Shown: positions 1 through 12,806 of the stretch, in pieces
Position numbering within the stretch: the stretch's first letter is position 1
Layout of the letters: the number at the start of each line of letters is the position of its first letter
Assembly (NCBI GenBank): GCA_008632985.1
Contig: QPGO01000009.1
Location: 620,001-684,000 of the forward strand
Source: Psammoneis japonica
Lineage: Eukaryota
DNA: 64,000 bases
Direction: 5' to 3'
The notes under the pieces: generated by a model
The model's input: only the letters and a program-made list of their open reading frames with translations
What the model was told of the DNA's origin: nothing
Databases searched by the model: none
Program-made: the position numbers and the translations under genes

Positions 1-278
1 CGCTCCGCGTTTTTGTTTCGTCGTCGCCTTGTACGGTATTGTGGTGCGGTGTTCGAGTGTGTGGTTTGCTTTGCTTACAGCTTTGGTTTGTTGTGCTTTT
101 GGAGAAGCAGCGCCGTACGTATGTACGTACGTACGTGCGTACGTCTGTACGTTCCAGCCGTCAGACGTCAGGCAAACGCAACAAACAACATGAAACAACG
201 GGCCGACGCAGCCATGAACACCGGCAAAGGGCGCCTTTTTAGACTACTTCTACCTGGAACGTCGCTACTGCAGTAATC

Positions 279-865
279 ATGTCGAGCGATAGCACTCAAT
301 ACGACGTCAACAAAAGCGACAACAAAACGTCGTCGGCATCGTCAGTTGATCAGCAGCAGCGTTTGCTTCATCCATCTCTGCACAACATTCCGCAACAAGT
401 TCGATTCGGTTTGACGGGTGCCTTGGGCAATGTGTTGTTTATGATTATCTACAATGTCTCGGTAATACAACTCGAACACAAATTGGAAGCGTCCACCATT
501 TACGCTGTCGTTTATTTCTTTTACATTCCACTCGGGCACCTCTTGACGTCACTTCTCGTGTTTGGATGGCCCAAGAACAAGTATCTGTCGTCGCTCTTGA
601 GCAATTACCCATTGGATTGACCGCCATGGCGTTGGGAACGGCGTGTACGTTTTATCTGGATCACATTCATTTTAATGAACGTGTTGAAGATTTTATTCGA
701 CAGCACGTGTCGGCAATCGAGGAGGTGGCGACTGATGAAGACGAACAGGGGGAATTCTATTCGTCGCTCGTGGTGTTGGTCATTACCAGTGTATGGACCT
801 ATGTCTTGTCCGTCATGGTGAATAGTCCAACGGAAAAAGTGCCAGACGAAAAGAAAGAGCTATAA
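279..865 (+). CDS. GtrA-like multi-pass membrane protein (one apparent 1-bp frameshift near 605)
   Basis: ORFs 279-620 and 566-865 overlap and join into one hydrophobic protein. QVRFGLTGALGNVLF...IPLGHLLTSLLVFGW resembles the GtrA family. Confidence 0.55.
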
Positions 866-1102
866 ATGGTCAGGAGTACGTGTTTGTGTTTGTTTGCTAC
901 ATACTCATCCGGGAGGTTGCGAGAATGTTGTGGTTTCCTGATTGGTACAAGTACTAGAGAAAGCTCGCTATGAGTAAAGGGACTGCTGCGCCTTACGAGT
1001 ATAGAAATGAGAAACCCGCAAATAATACTATAGTGGAAAACAGTAGCTACTAGAAAAAAGCCGTCAAGTCTAACGCTACCGACAGCTAGCTCGTGATGCG
1101 CA

Positions 1103-1690
1103 CTATGATGATACTTTTTTGCTCTTTTTCTTTTTGCTCTTTTTTGACTTTTTCTTCTCCACAACATCATTGTCACTACTACTAGGGTCGGACGATGACG
1201 ACTCCTCCTTTCGTCGCTTCTTATCAGGCACTTGTTCGTCTTCTGCTTTTCGCTTTTTCTTCTTGTGCGTCTTTCCAAAAATAGCCGCCATGTCATCGTC
1301 ACTCTTGTTGCTTAAATCCTTGGCCCTTCTCATTTTTTGTGCGTGTCCCGCCGTCACTTTGTTTCGTGCCAACGTCAAGCTGTCCTTTTTCTTCTTCTTG
1401 CTTTTCTTCTTTTTCTTTTTATCATCAGACGCATGAGTTTGTTGCAAATTGGTCAAGACGGACGCAAAATCGTGTCCGGTAGCATGCCACGCATCATCCT
1501 CTGTTGCAGTTGAGGCTCCAATTCCCATGTTTTCCGTCAAACGCACCGCTCGTAGCGCCGTGGTGGTGCCTTGTCGACGTTTCCCCAAGCCTTGTCCCTC
1601 GGACCAACCCATTTTTTCCAACATCTTGGAACCAATGTTGCTCTTGGTCCATTCGGCATTGCGAGTGTCGTGTGTTTCGACTATCGTCAT
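1103..1690 (-). CDS. PINX1: PinX1/Gno1-like G-patch protein (ribosome biogenesis)
   Basis: G-patch SNIGSKMLEKMGWSEGQGLGKRRQG...GIGA, then F..VL..L, KMRRAKDLSNKS..DMAAIFG and a Lys-rich tail. Confidence 0.85.
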   Translation of the reverse strand: MTIVETHDTRNAEWTKSNIGSKMLEKMGWSEGQGLGKRRQGTTTALRAVRLTENMGIGASTATEDDAWHATGHDFASVLTNLQQTHASDDKKKKKKSKKKKKDSLTLARNKVTAGHAQKMRRAKDLSNKSDDDMAAIFGKTHKKKKRKAEDEQVPDKKRRKEESSSSDPSSSDNDVVEKKKSKKSKKKKSKKVSS

Positions 1691-2150
1691 TTTGTGAATA
1701 ATAATAATAATGAAAAAACAACGAAAAGAACAACAAGGTTGCAGTCTACCGGTCGCAGCAGAGCATTAACAACAAGCATCACCACACGCGTTACGTTGTG
1801 TCGTCGGTGTCGCCGCTCGGTGGCTGGTGTGTGTGTGTTCGCAAAAAAAGGGCGGGAAAACTCGCGTCACATACGATACTCACGTAGAATTGTACGTTGG
1901 AGCCGTTGTGGGCCATCCAATGTTGTCTCGATGTTGGAATGTTAGTTTGTCCAAACATACCGTTTTTCGTCTCCGTCGCGTACCTCCCTCCACAAGGTTT
2001 GTCTGTGCAGGGTTGCGATCTCACTCAATTTTTTCTGCGATAATTGTTGTTGTTGTTGCTGCTGCAACGCTCGCACTACTGTGCTGTTGTTCAAGTCGCT
2101 CTTCACAATCAACGCTGTTTGTTGCAGGCAATACAATTCTCCAACAAAGT

Positions 2151-2894
2151 ATGCCACGCACCAAGAATTTCAATGCTCCGTATCAACGACGAGTCCGTGT
2201 CAGCAAAACGCTCGTCGTGACAGTCCGGCATCATCCCAACAATGCCGCCAACAAGCCGAAACAACCCATCAATCATGAAGTGTTTGAGTTTGTTGAAAAT
2301 CAAGTCACGCAGAGACCGACAAAGAAAATTAGACTGTCTCAAGATGACAATGATGAATCGAGCAAGGATAAAGTACTGCCGCGACAACAACAAGAAGAAG
2401 AAGAGTTGAGCTCGTCTTGGATGCAGACAAAAGAAGCTCGTGCTGCTGGCAGCACGCAAAAGAAGAAGAAGAAGAAAAAACAAAGGAGTTATCCTCGTCA
2501 AAAGAAACGGCCTCAGTTGCCAGTTGTACTACACGAAGTGACTCCAATGCCACCACGCTTGTCGTTGCATGACGACGCTAAACACAAGACGACTACGAAG
2601 CCTCGAACGTATTGTGGTGGTGTACCAAAATCGCGTCAAGACGGAAACAAGTCATCCGCAGTAGTATCAGTTGTTACGCCCGAGTCATTGTCGTTTGAAC
2701 GACAGTCTACTTCTTCTCTTTGCAGCAATCGCAACTCGTATTCTGTTTGGGATTATTGTTTGGAGGAAGCCGCCGACGAAAACGATCAGTACCATGCAGC
2801 CACTGTGAATCGCGAAACAAAACAAAAGAGGCGAAAGCAGGTAGAGCCCAACAAACAGGAGAGGCAGAAGGACTTGAGGGAATTCGAGTGCTGA
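2151..2894 (+). CDS. Hypothetical basic, low-complexity protein
   Basis: Long ORF with a probable ATG at 2151. No recognisable domain. Confidence 0.45.
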   Translation: MPRTKNFNAPYQRRVRVSKTLVVTVRHHPNNAANKPKQPINHEVFEFVENQVTQRPTKKIRLSQDDNDESSKDKVLPRQQQEEEELSSSWMQTKEARAAGSTQKKKKKKKQRSYPRQKKRPQLPVVLHEVTPMPPRLSLHDDAKHKTTTKPRTYCGGVPKSRQDGNKSSAVVSVVTPESLSFERQSTSSLCSNRNSYSVWDYCLEEAADENDQYHAATVNRETKQKRRKQVEPNKQERQKDLREFEC

Positions 2895-3581
2895 CTTGTT
2901 GTCGAAAAACGAATTCAACCTGGACCGATTGTGTGTGTGTGACGACTTTGGCGTCGTAAGCTGTTGATGATAAGGATTGTTCCATGACGTGACGACTCAT
3001 GGGATGCGTTTTTGTGCGTAAGAGCCTCGGGTCGTTGTTCTGGTAGAAGTAGCCGTGACATGTACGGTCCTGCTTGTCTACTGCGAAATCATGGGTGACT
3101 AAAACAAACTTGGCAGAGAGCCACTTGTGTAAGACCAGTCTAAAATCATCAAATTATGCATTACCTATATACTGTACCGCGCGCATCATCTCTCTAGCAA
3201 TACAACCCGCCGTGTTATGACATTCAAGAAGTTCCCTACAACTATCGGCACCTCCACAAGTGGTTCGTATGATATCTTGATCGAGACATGATTTAGAATC
3301 AACCGAAAAGGACCAACGGCCAGCGCATATGGCCAGCGAGCACAGGCCAGACCCCTCGCAGACAAAGATTTATTTATTTGGGATTTACCGGTGCTGTCGG
3401 CACCGGTGCCGGTATGCGGCACCGGTAAATCCGATCGACAAAGACGACTTTCGATCCGCTGCCGGTCGTCCCTACCGGTTAAATCTGCATCGAGTGTATA
3501 TCTCTTGTTGTGTGAGAGAAACGTGACAATAATTTGGCACAAGCACTTTTGCAGGCTCCAACGAATTCGCCACCAGTTGGG

Positions 3582-6500
3582 ATGAGACTGCTGTTGTTGC
3601 TGTTGCCGCTGCACAGCGTTGTTGGATACGTACCAATAATTCATCGACATGCTTCTCAGTCAAGTCGTTTGGCGTTTTGGAGAGACAAGGCGGTGCCTTT
3701 TTTCATGACCTCCCAAGGAACCGAAGATGGCACCAGGAGGACTCACAGAAAGCGTTTCACAGCAAGGCGTGATGCAAGAGGCCCTCCAACAAAACAAAAG
3801 CGACACAATGCCAACCAAAATTGGAGATTGCCTAACCTGAGAACTGTCGACAGAGTGTCTGATGTTCTCGACATTCACCAAAAGCATGGCAACAAAATGG
3901 GCCCAAAGGACATTTCGCTTTGTTGGAATCGAACAGCTGCCATCACATCAAGGAATGGGGCAGAGCGTGTGAATCTGCCAAGCTGTGGAAGAGAGATGCA
4001 ACGATTGCTGCAAGATGCTGTGAAAGCATTGGACTGCTACACTCCTGACTTGGTTGGTTCGACTGCGAATGCCCTTGCAAAAATGTCTGACATGAGCAGG
4101 GCAAAGTTTGGGGCGGACATTTGGGCGGGTTACGAGAGCGAGCGAGTGCAGCAAGAGGCAGCCTCTCTCCTGGGGATTTGTCCATGACCTTGTGGGCGTT
4201 TGCAAAGGTTGGGCAACCCTCAACTGAGCTTTTTGACAAACTCGCTGTGGCATCCATTCCAAAGATAAGCCACTTCAACCCACAGGACCTTGCCAACACG
4301 GTCTGGGGACATGCTGCCATTGGGCACTCGTCTCCGATGCTTTTTGATGCCATTGCCGATGAATCCATGCAGAAGATGCACAAGTTCAGCCCGCAAAACC
4401 TTGCCAATGCGGTCTGGGCATGTGCTTCCATTGGGCACTCGTCTCCGATGCTTTTCGATGCCATTGCCGACGAACCCACACAGCAGATGGACAACTTCAT
4501 CCCGCAAGAACTTGCCAATGCGGTCTGGGCACATGCCACCATTGGGCACTCATCTCCGATGCTTTTTGATGCCATTGCCAACAAAACCACACAGAAGATG
4601 CACAAATTCAACCCGCAATGCCTTGCCAATGCGGTCTGGGCACATGCCACTGCAGGACACTCGTCTCCGATGCTTTTCGATGCCATTGCCGATGCATCAA
4701 TTCTGAAAGTGGATGCATTCAAACCACAGGAGCTTGACAATGCGGTCTGGGCACATGCCACCCTTGGGCACTCGTCTCCGATGCTTTTCGATGCCATTGC
4801 CGACGTGTCAATCATGAAAGTGGATGCATTCAAACCACAGGAGCTTGCCAACACGGTCTGGGCATGTGCCACCCTTGGGCACTCATCTCCCATGCTTTTT
4901 GATGCCATTGCAGACGCATCAGTTCTGAAAGTGGATGCATTCAAACCACAGGAGCTTGCCAACACGGTCTGGGCACATGCCACCACTGGGCACTCGTCTC
5001 CGATGCTTTTCGATGCCATTGCCGACGAATCCATGCGGAAGATGGATGTGTTCATCCCGCAAAGCCTTGCCAATGCGGTCTGGGCACATGCCACTGCAGG
5101 ACATTCGTCTCCGATACTTTTCGATGCCATTGCCGATGAATCCACACAGAAGATTGACAAGTTCATCCCGCAAAGCCTTGCCAATGCGGTCTGGGCACAC
5201 GCCACTGCCGGACACTCGTCTCCAATGCTGTTCGATGCCATTGCCGATAAATCCATGCAGAAGATGGATAAGTTCAACCCGCAAAGCCTTGCCAATGCGG
5301 TCTGGGCATGTGCCACTGCAGGACATTCATCTCCGACACTTTTCGATGCCATTGCCGATGAATCTGTGCAGAAGATGGATAAATTCAGCCCGCAAAGCCT
5401 TGCCAACACGGTCTGGGCATGTGCCACCACTGGGCACTCGTCTCCGATGCTTTTCGATGCCATTGCCGATGAACCCATGCAGAAGATGGATAAGTTCAAC
5501 CCGCAAAGCCTTGCCAATGCGGTCTGGGCACACGCCACTGCCGGACACTCGTCTCCAATGCTGTTCGATGCCATTGCCGATAAATCCATGCAGAAGATGG
5601 ATAAGTTCAACCCGCAAAGCCTTGCTGACACGGTCTGGGCATGTGCCACTGCAGGGCACTCGTCTCCGATGCTTTTCGATGCCATTGCTGATGAATCTGT
5701 GCAGAAGATGGATAAATTCAGCCCGCAAAGCCTTGCCAATACGGTCTGGGCATGTGCCACCACTGGGCACTCGTCTCCGATGCTTTTCGATGCCATTGCC
5801 GATGAATCTATGCAGAAGATGGATAAGTTCAACCCGCAAAGCCTTGCTAATGCGGTCTGGGCATATGCCACTGCAGGACACTCGTCTCCGTTGCTTTTCG
5901 ATGCCATTGCCGATGAATCTGTGCAAAAGATTGACAAGTTCGTCCCGCAAAGCCTTGCCAATACGGTCTGGGCATTTGCCGCCATTGGGCACTCGTCTCC
6001 TTTGCTTTTTGATGCCATTGCCGATGAATCCACACAGAAGATTGACAAGTTCATCCCGCAAAGCCTTGCCAATACGGTCTGGGCATGTGCCACTGCAGGA
6101 CATTCGTCTCCGATGCTTTTCGATGCCATTGCCGACGCATCAATTCTGAAAGTGGACACATTCAGCCCACAAGGCCTTGCTAATACGGTCTGGGCATATG
6201 CTGCCATTGGGCACTCGTGTCCGATGCTTTTCGATGCCATTGCTGATGAATCTATACAAAAGATGGAGAAGTTCAGCCCGCAAAACCTTGCTAATACGGT
6301 TTGGGCGTATGCGGTGTGCGACCACTGTGCAGATCTTTTACTCGGCGACAACTTTGCTGACATCTGCAATTCAAAAGCTTCATTGTTTTCGTTGGAAGGT
6401 CTCTGCCAACTCCATCAAGTCCAGTTGTGGCTTCGCGAACGCAACAATCCCTTGCAATTCAATGCAGCTTTACGTCAGAAGTGTCGCAATGCGTTTGTGC

Positions 6501-6876
6501 AAGAACAAGGGATACCGTCCAAGCTTCAGAAGGATGTTGTAACTTCGCTTAATGGGCTTGGGCTCCAGGCAGAGGAAGAGGTCATTACTGATGTCGGTTA
6601 TAGCCTGGATGCATTGTGAAGTACAATCAGAAACTGGTTGGTATCGAGGTTGATGGACCATCGCACTTTCTTGCTGATCGTTCGCCAACCGGATCCACCA
6701 TACTGAAGCATCGCCAGCTTTCAAATCTAGAGGATTATATTCTTGTGTCAGTGCCGTTTTGGGAGTGGGATGAAGTGTCGGCAAAGGATTCATCCATGAA
6801 ATCTGGTCGGGAGTACCGCACCAAATACTTGTCGAATGCCCTTGATGCGGCTACAAGAATTGGTAGTACACCCTAG
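3582..6876 (+). CDS. Organelle-targeted helical-repeat (37-aa HPR/OPR-like) RNA-binding protein with C-terminal RAP domain; frameshifts near 4125 and 6615
   Basis: Signal peptide MRLLLLLLPLHSVVG, followed by 19 repeats of FxPQxLANxVWA(Y/H/C)ATxGHSSPMLFDAIA. RAP motifs GYSLD...IEVDGPSHF...TILKHRQL...VSVPFWEW span ORFs 4121-6619 and 6616-6876. Confidence 0.85.
4274..6320 (+). repeat. Coding tandem repeat, 111-bp unit, 19 copies (last one partial)
   Basis: Unit starts at 4274 and the 19th begins at 6272 (exact 111-bp period). Units 9-11 and 12-14 look like a higher-order 333-bp duplication. Confidence 0.95.
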
Positions 6877-7035
6877 GGTCTGCTTTTTTACCAATGACAC
6901 ATTGTAAATAAAAAGAATCACTGCGTCCGAGTTTTACCAATGAAGTGTAGGAATGTTGAAATCACTGTTGCATTGTAGTACATAACTATTGTCATCATCT
7001 GTAGCAATCGTGTATTATTATTGAGATTTCGTGTT

Positions 7036-8949
7036 CTATGCAACTACCGGTTCGTCTACTGCCGGCTCATCTTGATCGACGGTTGGTTCGACGGCTGCCT
7101 TTTGGAAAAACGAAGGACCGGCCGTCTGTTGTCCTTCAATGGCGACACGCGCAAATGCTTCTTCGGCAGTCTTGTAGTGTTGCACCTTCCACTTGGCTTC
7201 CAAATCTTCGGCAATCTCTGCCATGTTGCCAGTGGGATGGTAGGAATACAGGTACGCAAATTGACCGGGAAAAATGAGATATTGCAAGACGGGTTTCCAG
7301 AAAAAGGTCAAGTAACTCTTCCACGATTTTCCCAAATCATCGTGTGGACTCCACGGTGTGTCAAACGCATTAATAATGAGATCCGATGCGAGTCGACTCA
7401 AGAATTGCACAACACTGACCCGCAAAATGCGTTTGCGGTAAAAGTCTTGGAGAGCGCCCTGCAGCTTGTCGGTGCTCTTGGTGGCGGCCAGAATTTCCGA
7501 CAAGACGTAGGCATCCTCAATCGCTTGACATCCCCTTGACCCAAATTGGGCATCATGGGATGGACGGCATCGCCCATGAGTACCGTGTTGCCATCGGCCC
7601 AACTACGCAAAATTCCGGTGCACGATCGTACAAGTCCCGTTGTTCCACACTCTCGGGCGGTGTCGCATCGAGTACCGTCATGATTTCATCCGTCCAACCC
7701 TGATGCAACGACTTGATGTATTCCACCAAATTCTCTTCGGGATCCGCTTGTTCATCCCGTTCCGATCCACCCCATCCACTCGGTGCCTTTTTGGTCCCGG
7801 CGGGAGCGCAAAAAAGGCATACCACTGCACACGTCCATCACCAACATCGGACGTGACAAAGTATCGCTTGGGTCCAATGTAACCTTGTATCCCGTTTCGT
7901 AATAATCATTCGTCTTGAGGACGGTCTCTCCCGCAAAGACTGTGTAACCACTGTAGGTACAACCCTGTCGACGTTGCAAATTGGCCGAACTCTTTTTGAT
8001 TTCTTCCCGTACATTTTAGCACGGACCGCCGACCAAATGCCATCGGCACCCACCAATACATCCGCTCGCGGTTGTTCCGTCGGCCAATTGGACCGTGACT
8101 CCGCCATTGTTGGCCTTGTTTTCATACGATTCGACGGGATTGCCATTGCTGATAAAGTCGGGTTTGATTTTGCGACATTCGTCCATGAGAATGTCTTGCA
8201 AATCCGGGCGATCAATGACACCTAACAATAGAATGAGTTGTGAGTGTGACGTTGAATTGTGTGAGAAACGAGTTTAGAGACGACAACAAGGAACATAAAC
8301 TCATCAAACACCAACAGTAATAAAACACACACACACCTGTATAAGGCAATCCATACAAATCGGCACACTGCTTTAATGGAAACTTGACAAACCAATCGGC
8401 GGGTGCCTTGTCATCCCACAAGTACGAAATCGAATCATCCGTCATGCGAAAACTCCCATCGGCACGCAATCCATCCTTGATACCACACGCTCGCGTTCCC
8501 GTAAAGGTAAATTTCTCCATGACACGATCAAAGAGCGTGTCATCAATCTCTTTGAGGACGGAAAGAGCATTGGACGCAAATTGAATGGGTCCACCAAAAC
8601 GAGCAAAGGCTGCCGTCTTTTCATAGACTTGCACATCAAATCCCTTTTTCAGCATGCACAATGCCGCCGTCAAACCACCGACACCACCACCGGCAATTGC
8701 CACTTTGAGGGGCCGACCGGGGCGTGCCGGTAGTGACAGCAATTCCTTCATTGTAGTTGTATCGATATCGCCATTGACGACGCCGACTGCTTCTTCTTGT
8801 TCGTTGTCGCCATTGACTGCCGATCGAAATAATAATGATGTTCTTCTTGTGCATGTACTACTCGTACTACTACGCTGTACTTGAGGTGGAGCAAACGCCC
8901 ATGATGTTTGGGCAATCCATCCCACGAAAAAGAAAGAAGCAACCTTCAT
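7036..8949 (-). CDS. ZEP: Zeaxanthin epoxidase (FAD monooxygenase, probably the diatom ZEP1 type), plastid-targeted; intron about 8222-8336; several 1-bp frameshifts
   Basis: SWAFAP presequence, GxGxxG (IAGGGVGG), [62 protein letters not shown]. Confidence 0.9.
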
Positions 8950-9355
8950 TGTGCGATACAGTACTTGCTTTTCTCTTAGAGAGAAAAGTAAACAACAGAC
9001 CACACCTCACAATTGTTGCTGGTGCGTGTTCTGTGTCAACAGAGGTGGTGGTGAAACCGATGGATGGATTTTGCGCGCCAATCAAACGTGGAAAACGCAC
9101 TTCAACCTCAAGTTCCGGGTGATGTTTGAATCGGTCGACTGGTTTATGATCGAACGATGGCGAGACTCCTGTAGAACGTTACTGAATCCTACCGTATGTA
9201 TGATCCAGTACTGATTCTACGTTTGGATCCAAAATCTCCCTCCAACGCGTGAGAGCCATCCAAAAAACAAACGAAAATTGCGACTTTTTGTTGTTGATCA
9301 CACAAACAAGTAGTGGTGCACCATCCAAGCAAAACACACATCTTGTACAAACAAC

Positions 9356-10937
9356 ATGGGTAGCAAGACCAAAGAGGTGAGTGTTTGTTATTGTTGAATG
9401 ATTTTTTGATGAAAGAAAATCTGCTACAGTAGTAGAGTAGCGTCGTCTACTCTTTCGTGTTCGATCTCGTATCACGTTCTCATGCTGTGATGGTTGATGT
9501 TTTCTTGTTGCTTTTTACAATACTGCAGGACAAAAAGGCAAAAAAAGCCGCTAAAAAGGCTGCTGCCGAAAAAGCTGCCAAAGAAGCAGCAGAAGCAGCA
9601 AGACGTGCTGCCGAATTGGCCAAGCAAGCCGAGTCTCGTCGTCTGATTCGTCGTCGGATTCGGATTCGACAGACTCGGAGGAGGAGCAACAACAACAACA
9701 AGAGAAAAAGGTTGTAGAAATGCAAGTCAAAAAGGACAAGGATTCTTCATCATCATCTTCTTCGGATTCGTCTAGTAGCGACGACGATTCGAGTGACGAC
9801 GAGGAAGAAAAACCCAAGGAAGCAGTTAAAACGGAGGAACCGGCCAAGACGGAAGCGAAAAAGGTCGAGGACAACAATGGCAGTAGTTCTTCTTCTTCCG
9901 ACAGTAGTTCATCCTCAGACTCGGATAGTAGTGATTCGGACAATGACGACGATGAAAAAGCTCCTGCTGTCAAGGAAACCAAACCGGTTGTTGAAGAAAA
10001 GACAAAGGAAGACTCTGGCTCGTCTTCGTCTTCTTCTTCCGATGATGATTCGTCTTCGGACGATGATTCGACTCAATCGTCAGAACCTCCCAAGGACGCT
10101 GCTGCTGCTGAAAATGGCAACAAGCGCAAGCACGAACACGAAAAACATGAAAATTCCTCCAACAAGCGTGCCGCTATTGTATCGGACGACAATAATAACG
10201 CCGAGAGCAACACCAAGATTTACATTCGTGGTTTGCCCTGGAGAGCCACCCAAGACGAGGTGCGCGAGTACTTTAGCTCGTGTGGTACGATTGCCTTTTG
10301 CGAATTGCCACTCCAAGACGATGGTCGGTCCAGCGGGACGGCCATTATCGAGTTTGAAACTCCCGACGCTGCCGCGGCTGCCATGGAATTGAACGGTGCC
10401 GATTTTCAGGGACGGTGGTTGTCCATCAAGTATTCGACACCCAAACCCATCTTGGCACCACGTGAAGCGACCGTCAAACAAGAGGGTTGTGTGACGGTGT
10501 TTATTGGAAACTTGCCGTGGGCGGTCGATGAAGACGCGGTCCGTGATGTGTTTGGGGAATGCGGTGATATCAAAATGGTACGCTTTGCGACCGATCGGGA
10601 AACGGGAGAATTCAAAGGATTTGGTCATGTCGAGTTTTATGATACGGATGCCACTGATAAGGCAGTGGAAATGGCTGGAACCGACATCATGGGACGGCCC
10701 GTTCGTGTGGATTTTGCCAATGATCGCAGAAATGGTGGTGGCGGTGGTGGATTTGGTCGTGGTGGTGGAGGACGAGGTGGTGGCCGTGGCTATGGAGGTG
10801 GTGGTGGACGAGGACGTGGTGGTGGTGGACGAGGAAGAGGAGGAGGAGGTCGTGGAGGTGGTGGTTCATCCTCGTTTAGTGCCAAAAAGACGGGTGGTAT
10901 TACGGAATTCAAGGGAAACAAGATTACGTTTGACTAG
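9356..10937 (+). CDS. Nucleolin/Nsr1/Gar2-like protein (acidic-Ser N-terminus, 2 RRM, GAR tail); intron 9377-9528; frameshift near 9635
   Basis: ATGGGTAGCAAGACCAAAGAG|gtgagt...ctgcag|GACAAA. RRM motifs IYIRGL/SGTAIIEF and VFIGNL/KGFGHVEF, an RGG region, and C-terminal FKGNKITFD. Confidence 0.9.
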
Positions 10938-11281
10938 AGAAGAACAAAACGGGCGGACATGCATGTGCTTGGGCCGTCGAAAAACTAAAAGCTATAAAGC
11001 AATAAGAGTTACGAATACGAAATCGAATTGAAGATAGAGTGAACGAGAAGATTGCAGCATAACAGCATCCACTTTCTGATTTGTACACGATAGGACTGCA
11101 GCTGCACAGCATGCACACTCTGACCATAATTCGGTAATGGTGTTCTGTCCCTCCTTTCTAAAGTTACATTGCATGAGCTCTTAAAATATTACTACTACCA
11201 CATTATTATGAAAACACAGTCCTCTCTACTCTCGACTCTAGGATTCGGCTTTGACAACCAGAGCGCAAACTAATACGCGTA

Positions 11282-12806
11282 CTACTTCCTGATGTTGTTC
11301 TTGTAGCAATCGCTGTCCGGAAAAGTAGCCCAATCAAAGCGATATCTTTCCACAAGTTTCTCCACATCTCTGGGGTTGGCTCCATACTCCTGGGCCAAGT
11401 GATCTGGTAGTGCCCTCGCAATAATCTCCTGACCAAGATTTAGACCCGCAATGTTGTCGCTTTCGTAGTGAACTCCGGCGACTGTCCGTGCGTAGGATAC
11501 AGCCCAATCCACAAGCCTTACTTGGCACTGCTGTTCCGCATTGAGCTCTAGAATCACACATAGCCACATGGAAGCAGCACTACCAGCGGAGTGCATGGCA
11601 GGCCAAGAAGGGTGCGTTGGAGAGCCCTCGGGGTACGCAGTAAAGTTAAACTGCGATTTGAGCTTCATCCTGAGGATTTCTTCCTCGATATCTAAAGGAA
11701 CACCTTGACTAGAGGTCAATTCCCTACTTGCGATTTGCCACGCAATTTCTTCGGGACGGGCACGTCCGGCATAATACTTGACACCGAAATTGGAAGGACC
11801 TACTTTTGCAACGGCCCATCCCGTCATGTAGGACAGCATTACCTCTCGACGAATAAACTCTGTCGCGCTGTAGGAAGGAATACATTTCCTGTTGACCTTG
11901 AAGCCTTCGCCAATGAGCTGCCTAATCAAATTTGCATGGTGTGTTCCCGGAAGCTAAAGGGTAGAGAGTCAAACCACTATTGTCAGAAACATATACATTT
12001 CTGGGCTTACCATCATCCAAGATGTTCGAACTCACCTCATCATGAACATACTCAGCCACGGTTTCAAGATCTAGATCTTTAGACTTCCAGATATCGGGGA
12101 GGGGGAGTACTCCTCTGGGATCATCACCCCTCACTCGTTCCAGTTGCCTGTTCAAGACAACCCTAAACTCGTCCCAGAAGGGACTCTTCGGATCGCTTGA
12201 AGGATGTGTGGGGGCGCCTCCGATTTGCGAAATGAGCTCTCGAGAAGGAACATCACACTTGAGACAGTCCTCGTGTCGAACAACAGAGATACACCTTGAC
12301 TGACGGAGCATGTTTGCGGTTCCTGCATCGATGGGATAATCGCTGTCGGTGAGGGGTAGTTGGCTACTGTACTGCCTCTCCAACTGCCGCGAGTCAAAGT
12401 ACACCTTGGAGAAGCGGATTCCAAGATCATTTGTACCCTGATCGTCCTCTTGAGAAGGTCGGTCAACGCAAAACCCAACCGAAGCTCTAGCCTGTATAAA
12501 GTTATCAAAACCAAGCGAACAACAACAATTGAGTTGTTTTATAAGGCTTCTTCCAGAAATGATTGCAATTACTGTACTAACCTGTCCACCGCATCCAGGA
12601 ATTGCCCTAGCCTTTGAGCTGATGTCACAAACTAGGCCGCCACCACAATCAAGGTCGTCGTAGCACGGTCCACGACAAAGTCCAAGGGGGTACTTGTTTC
12701 TTTCTTCTGCTTTCCAGATGTACTTCATTGTTTGTGCGTTTGAAAACACCAAAAAGCAGGTGAAGCATAGTGCAACACTTACAGGACAAATGTTCTTAGA
12801 AGGCAT
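11282..12806 (-). CDS. Secreted vanadium-haloperoxidase-like (PAP2 superfamily) protein with N-terminal frustulin-like Cys domain, copy 1; two introns (about 12492-12581 and 11954-12035)
   Basis: Signal peptide; KYYAGRARPEE, HPSWPAMHSA, RTVAGVHYESD. GT-AG introns join YVHDE|LPGTHH. Confidence 0.8.

Noticed and set aside
4274..6320. CRISPR-like array
   Set aside because: The units are contiguous in-frame coding repeats without unique spacers, the context is eukaryotic, and there are no cas genes.
3943..6369. 808-aa antisense ORF and other alternative-frame ORFs over the repeat gene
   Set aside because: These are a by-product of a 111-bp repeat lacking TA, and therefore lacking TAA/TAG stops.
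7036..8949. ZEP (and nucleolin, GtrA-like, Glu-rich genes) as pseudogenes or programmed frameshifts
   Set aside because: The breaks are isolated small indels in otherwise well-conserved sequence across several unrelated genes, which is typical of unpolished long-read consensus error.
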